Source: a virus (lineage: Duplodnaviria; Caudoviricetes). Taken from it: DNA of 29,676 nt. A program made the translations under genes and the position numbers. Below the pieces are notes generated by a model. That model saw nothing but the letters and a program-made list of their open reading frames with translations. It made no database searches and was not told the origin of the DNA. Positions 14,185 through 24,709 of this stretch are shown here, one piece after another; positions within the stretch are counted from its first letter, which is position 1, and every line of letters starts with the position of its first letter. Location: positions 1 through 29,676 of IMG/VR virus record IMGVR_UViG_3300037515_000989. One strand, given 5' to 3'.

Positions 14185-16522
14185 CGAACAAGTCTCGATC
14201 TGGATCCGGATTCGTGACGTCGGGAGTGCTGCGCTCTCGCGCACGGAACGCGCGTTCAAGCGGCTCGGCATCAGCAAGGAACGCCTGATCCGGATTGGCA
14301 AGCGCCTGGGTACCGTCCTGGTCGCCACGGTGGCCGCGGGGCTGGTCGCCGCGACGCGCGCGGCCGCGCGCTTCAGCGCCGCCATGGCAGAGGTGGGAAC
14401 TCTCCTGGATGGGGACGTCCGGAAGCAGACGCAGGCGTTAGGCGACGAGATCCTCAACCTGTCACGCCGGCTGCCGAAGGACCCCAACGAGCTCGGCGCC
14501 GGACTCTATCAGGTCCTCTCTGCCGGCATCAGCGACACGACGGAGGCCATCCAGGTCCTCGAGGTCGCCACCAAGGCCGCGGTCGGCGGCATCGCGGACA
14601 CCTTTACCGCGGTCGACGCGATCACGGGAGTCCTCAACGCGTACAACCTCGAGGCCGACCGCGCAACGCAAGTCTCCGATGTGATGTTCCAGACCGTCAA
14701 GGGGGGGAAGATCAATTTCACCCAGCTGGCGTCGGAGATCGGGACGGTCGCGCCCACGGCGTCGTTGCTCGGCATCTCGTTTGAGGAAATTGGGGCCGCC
14801 GTCGCGACGATGACCAAGGCCAACATCAGTGCGGCCGAGACGATGTCGTCGCTCAACCGGTTGCTGCTGTCGATCGTCAGTCCCTCGGCTGAGGCCAAGG
14901 CGGCCGCCGCCGAGCTCGGCGTCGAGTGGAGTGTCGCCGGTCTACGCGCGCACGGGTTCCAGGGATTGCTGGCCCAATTGGAGCAGGCTACCCAAGGCAA
15001 CATCACGACGCTGCAACGCGTCGTGCCGGATCTCCGGTCGTTCCGCGCCGCCGCGGTGATCGCCGGGACGGGGGCCGAGGAATTCGCGAAGCAGGTCGAG
15101 AACATGCGCAACGCCACCGGCGCCGCCGAAGGGGCGTTCGAGATCATGAATCGTGAGATCACGAATCTCTGGCAGCGCCTGAAGAACAGGTTGAACATCG
15201 TGCTGATCGAGGCCGGCACCGTCGCGATCCCCGCCCTGGCCGATGCGCTCGAGCGCGCCGGCGGGCCGCTGGCCGAGATGGAAACCTTCGTCGAACAGAA
15301 CACCGACGCGATTCGGGAATTCTCCATCGCGGTCGGCCAGATCGGCACGGCCGTCGCCCAGGCGTTGATCGCGATCGGCAAGCTCACGGTCAAGCTGGGC
15401 GATCTGCTCGATGCGTGGAATCTGATCCTCAATCCGGACCTCGCCTTCTCGCGGCCGCAGATCGACACGCTCGGGCAGATCGATGATCAGGTGGTCCTGG
15501 CGGAACGGCTCAACGCGCTTGGCGCACGGCGTCTGGAGCTCGAGCAAGACATCGCGGCGATCAAGGCGAAGCCGACCCCGAGTGCGACCACCAGCGCGCT
15601 GGCAGGAATTGCCCCGGGACTCCGTCTCGGTGCGGAGCAACGCTCGCTCCCGGAATTGGAAGCAGAGTTCGACGGACTTGCGGACGCGATCGCGTTCGGG
15701 CTGCAACGCCTGCAACGCCTCGCGCGGGAGCAAGCCCCGGCGCGCGGGCTGCAACGCCTGCAACGCCTCGCGCGGGAGCAAGCCCCGGCGCGCGGTGATG
15801 GAGACCGGCGTGACCTGACGCCGCCGCCGACACCACCGCCGGGCCTCAGCCGACGGGAACAAATCGAGCTGTTCCTGGCCACCGCGAGGGGTGGGGTGGT
15901 CGGCCCCGGCCTCACGCACGGAGCGCCGCTGACGGTCCGTCAGTTGCTCCGCCCCGACGAGCGTCCGGACCGGGGTGCGCTCACGGCGTTGGGCGGATTT
16001 CCCGAGCTCCAAGTGGGTGGTCCCGACATGCTGCAACGCGCAGCCGAACGCGGACGCCAGGCACAGGAGCAGTTGAACGCCACGCTGGACGCCCTCGGCA
16101 CGGTCGGTGAGGGGGCGCATGACATGGCGGCCTCGGTCGTCGATAATTTCGCCGTCATGGCCGGCGCCGCCATCGCCGGCAGTGACCAGATGGCGCAGGT
16201 GGTCATCCACTCCTTCACGCGGATCCTGCAGGATCTGCAAGCCGTCCGCGCCAACCCGCTGTTAGGCAGTGTGATTGGATTGGCCGGTGGCTTGCTCGGT
16301 GGCCTGTTCGGCCGCAACAACGATCGCGATCGCGAGATCCCGGTCCGGGTCACGCGGTTCGACGACGCGGCCCGGCGCGATCTGCAGGGGCGCACCGAAG
16401 AGACGTTCCACCTCACGATCGAACAGGGCGGCGTGCCTGTCGACGAGCTGGAGTACTTGCTCCAGCGTCGTGAGGCCCGCGGCGCGCGTGTCACCATCCC
16501 GACACGGATCGTGTCCCGATGA
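14177..16522 (+). CDS. Tape measure protein, TP901-type core
   Basis: FSAAMAEVGTL, ELGAGLYQVLSAGI, AVDAITGVLNAY, DVMFQTVKGGKINF.QLA..IG.V; Ala-rich and helical. Confidence 0.93.
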   Translation: MPDEQVSIWIRIRDVGSAALSRTERAFKRLGISKERLIRIGKRLGTVLVATVAAGLVAATRAAARFSAAMAEVGTLLDGDVRKQTQALGDEILNLSRRLPKDPNELGAGLYQVLSAGISDTTEAIQVLEVATKAAVGGIADTFTAVDAITGVLNAYNLEADRATQVSDVMFQTVKGGKINFTQLASEIGTVAPTASLLGISFEEIGAAVATMTKANISAAETMSSLNRLLLSIVSPSAEAKAAAAELGVEWSVAGLRAHGFQGLLAQLEQATQGNITTLQRVVPDLRSFRAAAVIAGTGAEEFAKQVENMRNATGAAEGAFEIMNREITNLWQRLKNRLNIVLIEAGTVAIPALADALERAGGPLAEMETFVEQNTDAIREFSIAVGQIGTAVAQALIAIGKLTVKLGDLLDAWNLILNPDLAFSRPQIDTLGQIDDQVVLAERLNALGARRLELEQDIAAIKAKPTPSATTSALAGIAPGLRLGAEQRSLPELEAEFDGLADAIAFGLQRLQRLAREQAPARGLQRLQRLAREQAPARGDGDRRDLTPPPTPPPGLSRREQIELFLATARGGVVGPGLTHGAPLTVRQLLRPDERPDRGALTALGGFPELQVGGPDMLQRAAERGRQAQEQLNATLDALGTVGEGAHDMAASVVDNFAVMAGAAIAGSDQMAQVVIHSFTRILQDLQAVRANPLLGSVIGLAGGLLGGLFGRNNDRDREIPVRVTRFDDAARRDLQGRTEETFHLTIEQGGVPVDELEYLLQRREARGARVTIPTRIVSR
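15698..15793 (+). repeat. Perfect 48-bp tandem duplication in the tape measure gene
   Basis: GGGCTGCAACGCCTGCAACGCCTCGCGCGGGAGCAAGCCCCGGCGCGC x2 (GLQRLQRLAREQAPAR x2). Confidence 0.95.
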
Positions 16523-17355
16523 GCGGGTCCGTCTTCCTGGTTGAGAACGTGTTCTCGACGCTCCAGTTCCCCGCGCACGTGGTCAGCGCGTCCTCCGCCG
16601 CCGTCGACATGGAGGCGTTCCGCGTGGCCAACGGCCGGCGCTGGCGGCGCGATCGCTGGTCTCCCTCGGTGACGGGCGACGCGTGGATCCGCGTCCTCTG
16701 CGATCAACCGCGGTACGTCAGCATGCTGGCGATGGACGGGCACAACCTGGCCGGGTTTCCCGTGCGGTTGGAGATCTCCAACACGGGGTTTGGCGGCGAG
16801 GCGTACGAGCGCCCGATTGACGTCACGGTCCCGGCCGTCTCCACACCGGGAGCGCTCGAGGATCCCGCGGGTGTGCTGAGCGAGGATGGACAATGGTTGG
16901 CCCGCTTACCCGTCGGCACGATGGCCTGGGGCTTCCGCCTGTTCATCCCCGCGATGGGTGGGGGGTTGATTCCGGAGATCACGGGTCTCCGGTTAGGCAG
17001 GACGTGGGATCTCGTCCTGCGCAAACCCTTTCGGGAGGACGGGTCGCGTCCGGTGGCGGAGAGCACGCGCTCGAGCGCCGGGTGGGCGGGCCGCACGCAG
17101 GTCGTCCCGACGAAAGAGGGGCAACTGCGCGTCGAGCTCGAAGGATTCCACGAGTACGACGAGGCGCGGTACTTCCAGTCGCAGTACGAGCTGCACCGTC
17201 CGACGGTCTTCGTGCCCGACGCCGCTCAGGGGGATCGCGCGACGATCATCGCCAACCAGGACAACGGGGTGATCGCGTTCGGCTTCGAACCCGGTGACAC
17301 CAGCTACCGGGTGGCCACGATCCCGTACGAGGAACACGAGGCCCCGCTGCCATGA
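16519..17355 (+). CDS. Tail protein after tape measure (distal-tail position)
   Basis: ATGA overlap; synteny; predicted beta-rich. Confidence 0.6.
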   Translation: MSGSVFLVENVFSTLQFPAHVVSASSAAVDMEAFRVANGRRWRRDRWSPSVTGDAWIRVLCDQPRYVSMLAMDGHNLAGFPVRLEISNTGFGGEAYERPIDVTVPAVSTPGALEDPAGVLSEDGQWLARLPVGTMAWGFRLFIPAMGGGLIPEITGLRLGRTWDLVLRKPFREDGSRPVAESTRSSAGWAGRTQVVPTKEGQLRVELEGFHEYDEARYFQSQYELHRPTVFVPDAAQGDRATIIANQDNGVIAFGFEPGDTSYRVATIPYEEHEAPLP

Positions 17356-18647
17356 GCCTCAAGCCCTCGGATCTGCTCTTTGCCGTCGGCGGTCAGATTG
17401 CGCAACGGTATGGGACGTTGTATCGACGGACGCGTGGCGCGGATCGCGGGGGCGAAGCGCATCGTGGGACCTTCTCCCGCGCCAGCGCGGCGTGGACGCG
17501 TCACCAGGACGGCCTCTGCCGGCCGGTGCCGGATGACCGCCACCGGATCGCGTGGTTCGATCTCGACGGCGACGGTGTCAACGAGACGCCGGCATACCTA
17601 GGGGAGCCGAGTGTCACCCACGACCTGGACGATCCCAGCGAGCTGGAAGACAGCGCGTCGCCGTGGGGTGGGAACGCTGGCTTTACGATCAGCGCGCGGC
17701 CCTCCATCATCAGCGGGAAGACGGCGTATCAACACCAGAACGGCGGCGGCGGACCGGCGATCGCCCGGATCCAAACCGATGGCGTGTTGTCTGCGGCGGA
17801 CAGCGTGTGGGGCTATTTCGAGAATGTCGACGCAGAGCGAACCGCGCTGTCGATCTTCGACCAGGACCTGGCGACGCACCTGCATATCGCGAACCTGGTG
17901 TGGGCGACGGGCGAAACGGAGACGCAGCAGGGATCCGGCGCGGCGTTCGTCCGCCAGGAAGCAGTCGCCGGACCGAACGGGGGGCCGGTCTATTGGCTCG
18001 GCTGTAACGCCGCGGGGACCGACGGGAACGTCAAGCAGATCTTTGTGTTCCCGACCGGGGTCACCACGAATACCGAGACGGTGATCATCCACCACATCCA
18101 GTCGGAAGCGCGCGCCCAACCGACGACGACGCCCATCCCGGAAGGTGCGGGCGTCGTCCGGGCGGCCGACGCCCTCGACTATCCGTACTACGGGCCGCCG
18201 ACCGGCATCCAGATCTACAGCAAGTTCCTCGATCTCGGCGGATGGTTGGTGGCCTCGGGTCGTGTCTGGGAAATGGGCGACGCCGCCGGCGGCGTCCGCG
18301 TGGTGGGGACCGGCACGATCTATCAGGTCGTCGTCGACATGGGTGCCACCACGGTCTCCGCCGGGCCGGTGGTGAGTTTGGCGTACGGCGACCTCGTGGA
18401 GATCCTCGTCACGGTGCGCGCGACCTCAGCCGATTGCGAGGTGGCGATCAACGGGGCGGTCGTGGGCAAGGAGACGACCGGCGTCTATACGGCGTTTACG
18501 ATGGCGCCCACGCTGCAGATCGGCCACAGTGGGAGTGGGGCGCTCGCCGGCGCGCAGGCCCACCTCGCCCACCTCGGCGCGCGCGGCGTGACGGCCACGA
18601 TGCAGGACTTTCGGAACGTCGTGCGCATCGGGGTGCTCGCCCCATGA
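17352..18647 (+). CDS. Virion structural protein with possible LamG/ConA-like C-terminal domain
   Basis: TFSRASAAW...YLGEPSVT...TTTPIP...VVRAADAL pattern recalled from phage spike/tail proteins; C-terminal VAINGAVVG...LQIG. Confidence 0.55.
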   Translation: MSLKPSDLLFAVGGQIAQRYGTLYRRTRGADRGGEAHRGTFSRASAAWTRHQDGLCRPVPDDRHRIAWFDLDGDGVNETPAYLGEPSVTHDLDDPSELEDSASPWGGNAGFTISARPSIISGKTAYQHQNGGGGPAIARIQTDGVLSAADSVWGYFENVDAERTALSIFDQDLATHLHIANLVWATGETETQQGSGAAFVRQEAVAGPNGGPVYWLGCNAAGTDGNVKQIFVFPTGVTTNTETVIIHHIQSEARAQPTTTPIPEGAGVVRAADALDYPYYGPPTGIQIYSKFLDLGGWLVASGRVWEMGDAAGGVRVVGTGTIYQVVVDMGATTVSAGPVVSLAYGDLVEILVTVRATSADCEVAINGAVVGKETTGVYTAFTMAPTLQIGHSGSGALAGAQAHLAHLGARGVTATMQDFRNVVRIGVLAP

Positions 18648-21600
18648 AGGCCGGTATGACGCCAGCGCTCGTGCATCGGTTGCGGCGCGCCGACGTGGGC
18701 GCGCGGCAGATCGTCATCGCCAACACCGTGACGCGCGAGGACGTCCGTCGCACACGCGGGGATTGGGAGCAGCTCGACGGCTGGCCGGTCAGCGGGCTGG
18801 AGGTGCTGCCCGATCATCGGCTGGGCTTGTCGACCGGGTTGGCGACGGCGATCGAGCAGACGAGCAGCGACGATCACATCACCGACCTGGACGGCCCGCC
18901 CAACGCGTTGGCGGCGATCCCCTTCCTTGTGGCCAAGGTGACGTGGGCGGGGACGGATTCGCCAGGCATGGCGATCCATCGGGTCGTCGCGCGGCTGCAT
19001 CCCAAGCTCACGGCGGAAGACAAGGAAGTCGCGCGCTTCCGGTGTCAGCTGTTCGCGGTCGAGCGCATGGTGCTGGACGAGGAACTGGAGCTCCGCGCCC
19101 TGAGTCTCCCGGCGACCGTCGACGTCCCGGACGCGACGGAACTCGAGCAGGACTTCACCTTCGACTTCACCGACCTGCTGCCACGGCCGAAAGCGTTAGG
19201 CCCACCGATCGGCGGCGGCCCTTTCGGCGTCACCGCCCCCGTGATGTATGCCTTCCTCTGGGCGACGAAAACGGACGGATCGCCGGCGAGCAACGTGGGC
19301 TGGGCCCGGGATACCGGCACGGCGAATGTGACGACGGCGAGCAACGTCCTCGAGGGCGCGCAGCTGCAGATCATTGCCGGGCCGACGCCGCGGTATGAAG
19401 AAGTTCTCTATGGCGATGGGTGTCCGCGCGTCCGGTTCGAGACGGCGAGCTACACCGAAGTAACGGCCGCCTACACCACCGCGCCGATCGATCTCACCGC
19501 CGCGGCGACGGTGCTGGGGGCCGACGCGTTCGATGCCCTGGATGACACGGATCCCGCGGCCCACACGCCCACCAGTGGTCTCGGCGGCTGGTCCGTCCTG
19601 CTCCAGAATGACGGTGACCCGCTGTATCTCGCGATGTCCGGCAATCGCCTGCGCTATTTCGGGTCGTCGGCCGGTGGCGAAGAAGAACGCTTCGTGTTGA
19701 TCTCGGATAATCCGGTCATGCCGACCACGGGGATCTTCGAGACTTGGGTGACCTGGCAGCGGGATGACGAAGCCATCGGGGTGCACTATGGCGGTCTGAG
19801 TTTCTACCTGGACGAGGCCGGGACGTTCACGTTCGACGGCGATGCCACCGGGTTGTTGAACTGGCCCCCAGGTGTGCACGTGCGGCTCAGCGAAAGCGGG
19901 TTGGACAACGTGCGGTTCCAGTTCGCCGAGTTCAACGCCGCCGGCACCCAAGTCCAGAACACCAGTGATACGACCGACATTCCACTGGGCGGCACCGACG
20001 CGATCCGGCTTGGGTGCACCCTCGACATCGGTACGCGTGCGCTCACGATTTGGACGGAGCCCGACGGGGGTGGCGTGCGCACCGTGCACGGGACCGAAAC
20101 CCTCCTTACCGATTTCGTGGCGTTAGGCTATGGGCGCGTGGGCGTCAACGGCACGATCTTCTCTGCCGGTAACGTCGAGATGTTCTGGGATGATTTCCGC
20201 TGTGTCGTCTATGCGGCGCTCGTGGACGACGTCGAGATCATCGTCAAGATCCAGACGCCGCTCGGGACCGCCGTCACCGCGGAGATCAACGACGGCGTCG
20301 GCAGTGGTTGGGTGCCGGTCCGGCATCGCGATCGCGTGGGGGTCGACCTGACCCCGTTCGGCGGGTCGGATCTCACCGGCGTGGCCAAACAGCTCCGCTA
20401 CCTGATGCGGTCCACACTGACGCCGAACGCCGCGGGGGACGTGACGCCGTACCTGATCGAGCTCGGGGCGCGCGAAGTCCGGTCGATCGATCTCGATGGG
20501 CTGGCGCGCGTGAGTGGCGGGGCGTGGAACGTGGCCCCGGATACACTGCAAGCGGAGACCTCCGAGGCGGTCATCACCGTCATCCAGGACGGGGTGCGTG
20601 ATTTCACGGACGCGGCCTCCGTGTTGGCCTCGGCGACGGCGCCGGTGACGCGCGAGTTCGAAGTCTACTGGGGCCATCCCGCGCTGCCGCGTGCGGACTG
20701 GCTGCACGCGCAAACGTACGAGGTCGAGGATCAGCAGGACGCCGGCGGCGCGGTCGACTTTCTGTGCGTGACGAAACGGCAGCATCTCTATCGGGAACTG
20801 CCGGCCCCCGTCGACGCCGGCGGTGGCCAGGTAGAACGCGACCCGATCATCTACGATGGGGTGAGCCTCAAGAGCGCGTGGGACGATGCGCTCACCAACC
20901 GGCTGGCGATCCAGGCCCGGGACCTGGGGCCCGGCATCGACGACGACACGACGGCCATCCGGAACATTCTGACGGCGGCCAAGGGGGAAGACGTGATCGG
21001 CGCGCTGGCCCGCCTGGGCGGTGGCGCGGCCGATTCCGTCCAGGGGCGCTTGCGCTTCATCGATTTCCACGGTGTGCGCGTCGTGGCCGCCGTGTTCCCG
21101 TCCGAGGAGATCGAACCGCTGTTCGTTGGGCCCGGGCTGCGTGGCCGGATCCCGGCGTTCAACGTGCCGTTCGATTGGAACGACGACGAAGAACGGTTCC
21201 TCCAGGAAGCACAGCACGTGCACGTGCCGTCGCTGAACGCGTTCGGGCCCGCCCCGTTCGACGTCGCCCCCACGCTGGCCGATCATATCGCGCGGTGGAT
21301 TCCCGACGATCCGGACTTCGCGAAAACGGTCGCGAAACGGGTCGTGGATCCGATGGCGGGTGGACGCATCGAACTCCAGTGGCGCTCGACGTACGCGTAT
21401 CCGGAACTGACGGCGGCCGACGTCGTGCTCGTCCAGACCGATCGCTTCGTCGCGTTCAATCCGGTCAACGCGGCGCCGATCACGGGCATGGCGTGGGTGG
21501 TCTGTATCCTGATCGGCGGCCGCGAGGGCGAACCGTATGCGGCCCGCGAATTCAGCGGATGGGTCACCGATTACGCGGACATCTTCTCGAGCGGCGAGGA

Positions 21601-22285
21601 CATCATTCAGGTCCTGCCCGCCCCGCCGACGAACGTCACGGCATGGCGACGGTTCTACCTGGCCGACGCCGCGATCGACACGAAGCCCGAACGGCTGGAA
21701 CTGGACTTCATCGAGTCGGTGTCTCCGAATATCACGCGCTACGAAGTGCAGGTCCGCCGGGGCGCGAGCGCCACCTGGCATGCCTTGCCCGATCCGTCGC
21801 CGATCGGTGGTTTTGGCACGTGGCGCACGGTGGACTCGGAGCCGATCGTGAGCGGCACGACGGGGTGGGCCGTGCGGGTGCGCGCCTGGAACACCGCCCA
21901 GTTGGTGAGTCCCTGGGTCACCGAGACCACGATCGTCGGGGATCCGCTGCCCGGGCCGATCGACATCGAAGTCTCGCAGGTCCTGCAGATCGCCCACGCG
22001 TTTGCGCCGAACGCGCGGATCATGACGACGAGCGGCAACGTGCTGGCGACGGACTATCTGGTCGTGGTGGATATCAGTGGTGGGGGATCGTCCACGCTCC
22101 CCGCGTCGGGGGATCAGTCGCCCGGCGGACGTCAGCTGGTGATCCTCAACGCGTCCGGGGACGCGCATACGGTCAATCCGGATGGCAGTGACACGATTAA
22201 CGGCGGCGCGAGCCTCTCCATTCCGGCCGGCGCGATCCGGAATCTGATCCTACCGGGGAGCGCCACGAATTGGCGGGCTGCATGA
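18644..22285 (+). CDS. Large tail tip / host-specificity protein with FN3-like domain
   Basis: Start ATG 18644 overlaps the upstream stop. PAPPTNVTA...YEVQVR...W...AVRVRAWN...SPW is FN3-like; C-terminal TLPAS...GRQLVILN...TVNPDGSDTING module. Confidence 0.7.
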   Translation: MKAGMTPALVHRLRRADVGARQIVIANTVTREDVRRTRGDWEQLDGWPVSGLEVLPDHRLGLSTGLATAIEQTSSDDHITDLDGPPNALAAIPFLVAKVTWAGTDSPGMAIHRVVARLHPKLTAEDKEVARFRCQLFAVERMVLDEELELRALSLPATVDVPDATELEQDFTFDFTDLLPRPKALGPPIGGGPFGVTAPVMYAFLWATKTDGSPASNVGWARDTGTANVTTASNVLEGAQLQIIAGPTPRYEEVLYGDGCPRVRFETASYTEVTAAYTTAPIDLTAAATVLGADAFDALDDTDPAAHTPTSGLGGWSVLLQNDGDPLYLAMSGNRLRYFGSSAGGEEERFVLISDNPVMPTTGIFETWVTWQRDDEAIGVHYGGLSFYLDEAGTFTFDGDATGLLNWPPGVHVRLSESGLDNVRFQFAEFNAAGTQVQNTSDTTDIPLGGTDAIRLGCTLDIGTRALTIWTEPDGGGVRTVHGTETLLTDFVALGYGRVGVNGTIFSAGNVEMFWDDFRCVVYAALVDDVEIIVKIQTPLGTAVTAEINDGVGSGWVPVRHRDRVGVDLTPFGGSDLTGVAKQLRYLMRSTLTPNAAGDVTPYLIELGAREVRSIDLDGLARVSGGAWNVAPDTLQAETSEAVITVIQDGVRDFTDAASVLASATAPVTREFEVYWGHPALPRADWLHAQTYEVEDQQDAGGAVDFLCVTKRQHLYRELPAPVDAGGGQVERDPIIYDGVSLKSAWDDALTNRLAIQARDLGPGIDDDTTAIRNILTAAKGEDVIGALARLGGGAADSVQGRLRFIDFHGVRVVAAVFPSEEIEPLFVGPGLRGRIPAFNVPFDWNDDEERFLQEAQHVHVPSLNAFGPAPFDVAPTLADHIARWIPDDPDFAKTVAKRVVDPMAGGRIELQWRSTYAYPELTAADVVLVQTDRFVAFNPVNAAPITGMAWVVCILIGGREGEPYAAREFSGWVTDYADIFSSGEDIIQVLPAPPTNVTAWRRFYLADAAIDTKPERLELDFIESVSPNITRYEVQVRRGASATWHALPDPSPIGGFGTWRTVDSEPIVSGTTGWAVRVRAWNTAQLVSPWVTETTIVGDPLPGPIDIEVSQVLQIAHAFAPNARIMTTSGNVLATDYLVVVDISGGGSSTLPASGDQSPGGRQLVILNASGDAHTVNPDGSDTINGGASLSIPAGAIRNLILPGSATNWRAA

Positions 22286-24709
22286 ATGCGACGAGCATGG
22301 TGTAGCGTGGCGACCGACACGATACGCGACCGACCCAAGCACGGCATGATGATGCGCCTCGTCACGGACATCGACGAGCTGGGCGTCGTCTCACGCATCC
22401 GCGTTGAACAGCGGGGGTTGGAGGACTACGATCTGACGCTGCGCTTCGGGGCACGCGGCGCGACGCTCGACACCGAACAGCGCAAGGGATCGGCGTTCGA
22501 GATCCCGTTAGGCGATTTCGCTTTCACCTGGCAGAAGGAACCCCGCATCGTGCGCGATCGGTTCGGAGTGGCCCGGACCAAGCAGGTCGGGAACTACCGC
22601 ATCGAGTACCGTGTCCAGGTGCCGCGCGATCTGCGCTGGAAGCGTAATGAGGATAACCGGCTGCTGTGGCTCCTTGACCGGGAACAGTACATGCGGCACG
22701 GCCTGGCCTCCCTGCATTGGATGCGGGACGGCGAAGAACTCCGCCGGCTCCAGCGCGAGTACGCCGATGCCGCCACCCACCTGCGCGACGTCTATGAGCG
22801 CACGGTCCGGGGGTGGCACCGCCCGATGATGATGGCCGACTACACGGCCACGGGACAAATCCAGTGGACCGAGAACGGGAACGCGAGTGAGACCGCGACG
22901 TGGGCCGCGGGCGATGTGGTCGTGTTCGGCTTTGCGACGTTTCCGGGTGGCACGTTTGGGTCGACGGTGGACGGCGAAGCGCACGATGATTTGTTCGCCG
23001 CGGTGGACACGGCCGACGATGATGACACCGCCGTGATCACCGTCCATGCTGATCCGACGACCGGGTCCTCGGTGACGTGTGCGACGTCGGGCGGTCCGGA
23101 CACCAACTGTGGGTGTGCGTTCGCCGTCACCGGCGCCGATGCCGCCGAACTCGCGTCGACGGGGTTTCCGGATACCGGCGGCTCCGACGCAGAAGATCCC
23201 GTGGTCGCCCTCGACACGGCTGAGGGCGACGAGGCGATCGCGGTCTACGGGTGTTTCGACTTCGACGCGGGCCCCGGGGAAAATATCGTCGCGCCGCACA
23301 CGGGCGACACGGAGATCTTCGAGGACGGACTCGGCGCCAGCGATTGGCAGCAAGGCTACGTGGCGCATGAGAAGGCCACGGGCGCGAGTACGAGCGTCGG
23401 GGCCGTGGCCGACCCTATTGATGGCGCGTTCCAAATCCTCGCGGCGGCCGTCATCCCGACGACGGCCGCGGGGGCGGCGCTGACGGCCGTGCGCGGGGAA
23501 GCACAGCAATTGAGTGAGGCCCCGCACCGCAATCTGGGCCTCACCCGCCTGCGCAATGAATCCGCCTCGCTGGACGACGACACGTTGCGAGCGCTGGGCC
23601 TCGTGCGGGTGCTGGATGAGGACGCAGACCTCCAGGAGGAGACGCCGCGCGTCCTCGGAATCCGGCGCCTCCGGAGTGCGACGCTCGAACTCGAGGAGAC
23701 GCACAGTGGGCACCTGGGCCTCCGCCGCGTGCGGGATGCGACGCTCGACCTCCCCGAGGACTCGGCGCGCACCGTGGGCCTGATGCGTCTGCACGATGTG
23801 TCCCTGTCCCTGGTCGAGGCCGTCGCCCGGTCGCTCGGCCTGGTGCGCGACCAGGCGGCCACGATCGCGCTGGAGGAATTCGTGTTGTCGGCGCGCGGCC
23901 TCGTGCGGACGCGTTCAGAGGTCGAGGAACTTTCCGAAACGACTCTCTCCACCCGTGGCCTCGTGCGCCTCCGCGCGGCCGCGATGGAACTCGCCGAGAC
24001 CGTCGCCGCCGTGAGGGGAGTGATCCGTGCACACGGCGTCACGCTCGAGCTGGTAGCGGACATGCTCAGCGTACGCGGGCTCACGCGAGCCCGCAGTACT
24101 GCAATGGAGCTCCCGGAGGCACACGCCGCCGTCCGCGGTCTCACCCGGGACCGCAACACGACGGTCGCGCTAGCGGAAGACACCGGGTCGGTCCGGGGCC
24201 TGCGCCGGGCCCAGGATGACACCGCGCAGCTCGCCGAAACGACACTAGCCGCACGCGGGCTCGTCCGGCTGCACGTGGTCACGCTGCAGCTCGCCGAGCT
24301 GGTGCTCCGTCGCATGGGACTCGTCCGGATCCGCGATGGCAGCATGCAGCTGACGGCGGACACGCACCGGGTGCTGGGGCTTCGGCGGATTCGCGAGGCG
24401 GCGCTGGCGTTGGGTGAAGCCGTGGTCAGCGCGCGCGGCATGATCCGTCAGCACGACGAGACCAGCGCGCTCGAAGAGCAGCACGTCGCCCGCACCGGCC
24501 TGGTCCGGGTGATCGCCGAGACGGTGCAGTTGGTGGAGACGGTCGCCTCGAACTTCGCGGTCGTGTTCCTGGGCTTTCTGGTCCATCTGCTGCGCATGGT
24601 CCCGGTGCTCGACGTGGACGTCACGCTCGAGGGAGTCCTCGACCTTCAGGCCTCCCTGGACGCGACGATCGCGACCGATATCGACCTCCGACCGTCCGAG
24701 GACTCATGA
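22286..24709 (+). CDS. Fibre-like structural protein with 18 x 20-aa repeats (start uncertain)
   Basis: Long ORF with an Arg-rich N-domain, an acidic G/T/D-rich middle and a repeat region at 23480-24559. Confidence 0.75.
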   Translation: MRRAWCSVATDTIRDRPKHGMMMRLVTDIDELGVVSRIRVEQRGLEDYDLTLRFGARGATLDTEQRKGSAFEIPLGDFAFTWQKEPRIVRDRFGVARTKQVGNYRIEYRVQVPRDLRWKRNEDNRLLWLLDREQYMRHGLASLHWMRDGEELRRLQREYADAATHLRDVYERTVRGWHRPMMMADYTATGQIQWTENGNASETATWAAGDVVVFGFATFPGGTFGSTVDGEAHDDLFAAVDTADDDDTAVITVHADPTTGSSVTCATSGGPDTNCGCAFAVTGADAAELASTGFPDTGGSDAEDPVVALDTAEGDEAIAVYGCFDFDAGPGENIVAPHTGDTEIFEDGLGASDWQQGYVAHEKATGASTSVGAVADPIDGAFQILAAAVIPTTAAGAALTAVRGEAQQLSEAPHRNLGLTRLRNESASLDDDTLRALGLVRVLDEDADLQEETPRVLGIRRLRSATLELEETHSGHLGLRRVRDATLDLPEDSARTVGLMRLHDVSLSLVEAVARSLGLVRDQAATIALEEFVLSARGLVRTRSEVEELSETTLSTRGLVRLRAAAMELAETVAAVRGVIRAHGVTLELVADMLSVRGLTRARSTAMELPEAHAAVRGLTRDRNTTVALAEDTGSVRGLRRAQDDTAQLAETTLAARGLVRLHVVTLQLAELVLRRMGLVRIRDGSMQLTADTHRVLGLRRIREAALALGEAVVSARGMIRQHDETSALEEQHVARTGLVRVIAETVQLVETVASNFAVVFLGFLVHLLRMVPVLDVDVTLEGVLDLQASLDATIATDIDLRPSEDS
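23480..24559 (+). repeat. 18 ungapped 20-aa (60-bp) degenerate repeats
   Basis: Consensus L-V-R-x-R-x-x-T-L-x-L-x-E-x-x-x-x-x-R-G, from LTAVRGEAQQLSEAPHRNLG to LVRVIAETVQLVETVASNFA. Confidence 0.9.

Noticed and set aside
18242-18643. N-terminal extension of the 1347-aa ORF
   Set aside because: Overlaps the upstream gene and reads as Arg/Gly-rich off-frame sequence; ATG 18644 at the stop overlap is the better start. The same applies to track starts at 2378, 6022, 8364, 11680, 12168 and 26716.
20123-22168. Long antisense ORFs (e.g. 681, 432, 430, 428 aa) across the structural region
   Set aside because: Shadow ORFs expected opposite real genes in high-GC DNA; no recognisable motifs.
22289-22300. 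Second partial match to spacer 1 (CGACGAGCATGG) at a gene junction
   Set aside because: Only 12 nt, from the repeat-distal part of the spacer; plausible by chance in 30 kb of high-GC DNA.
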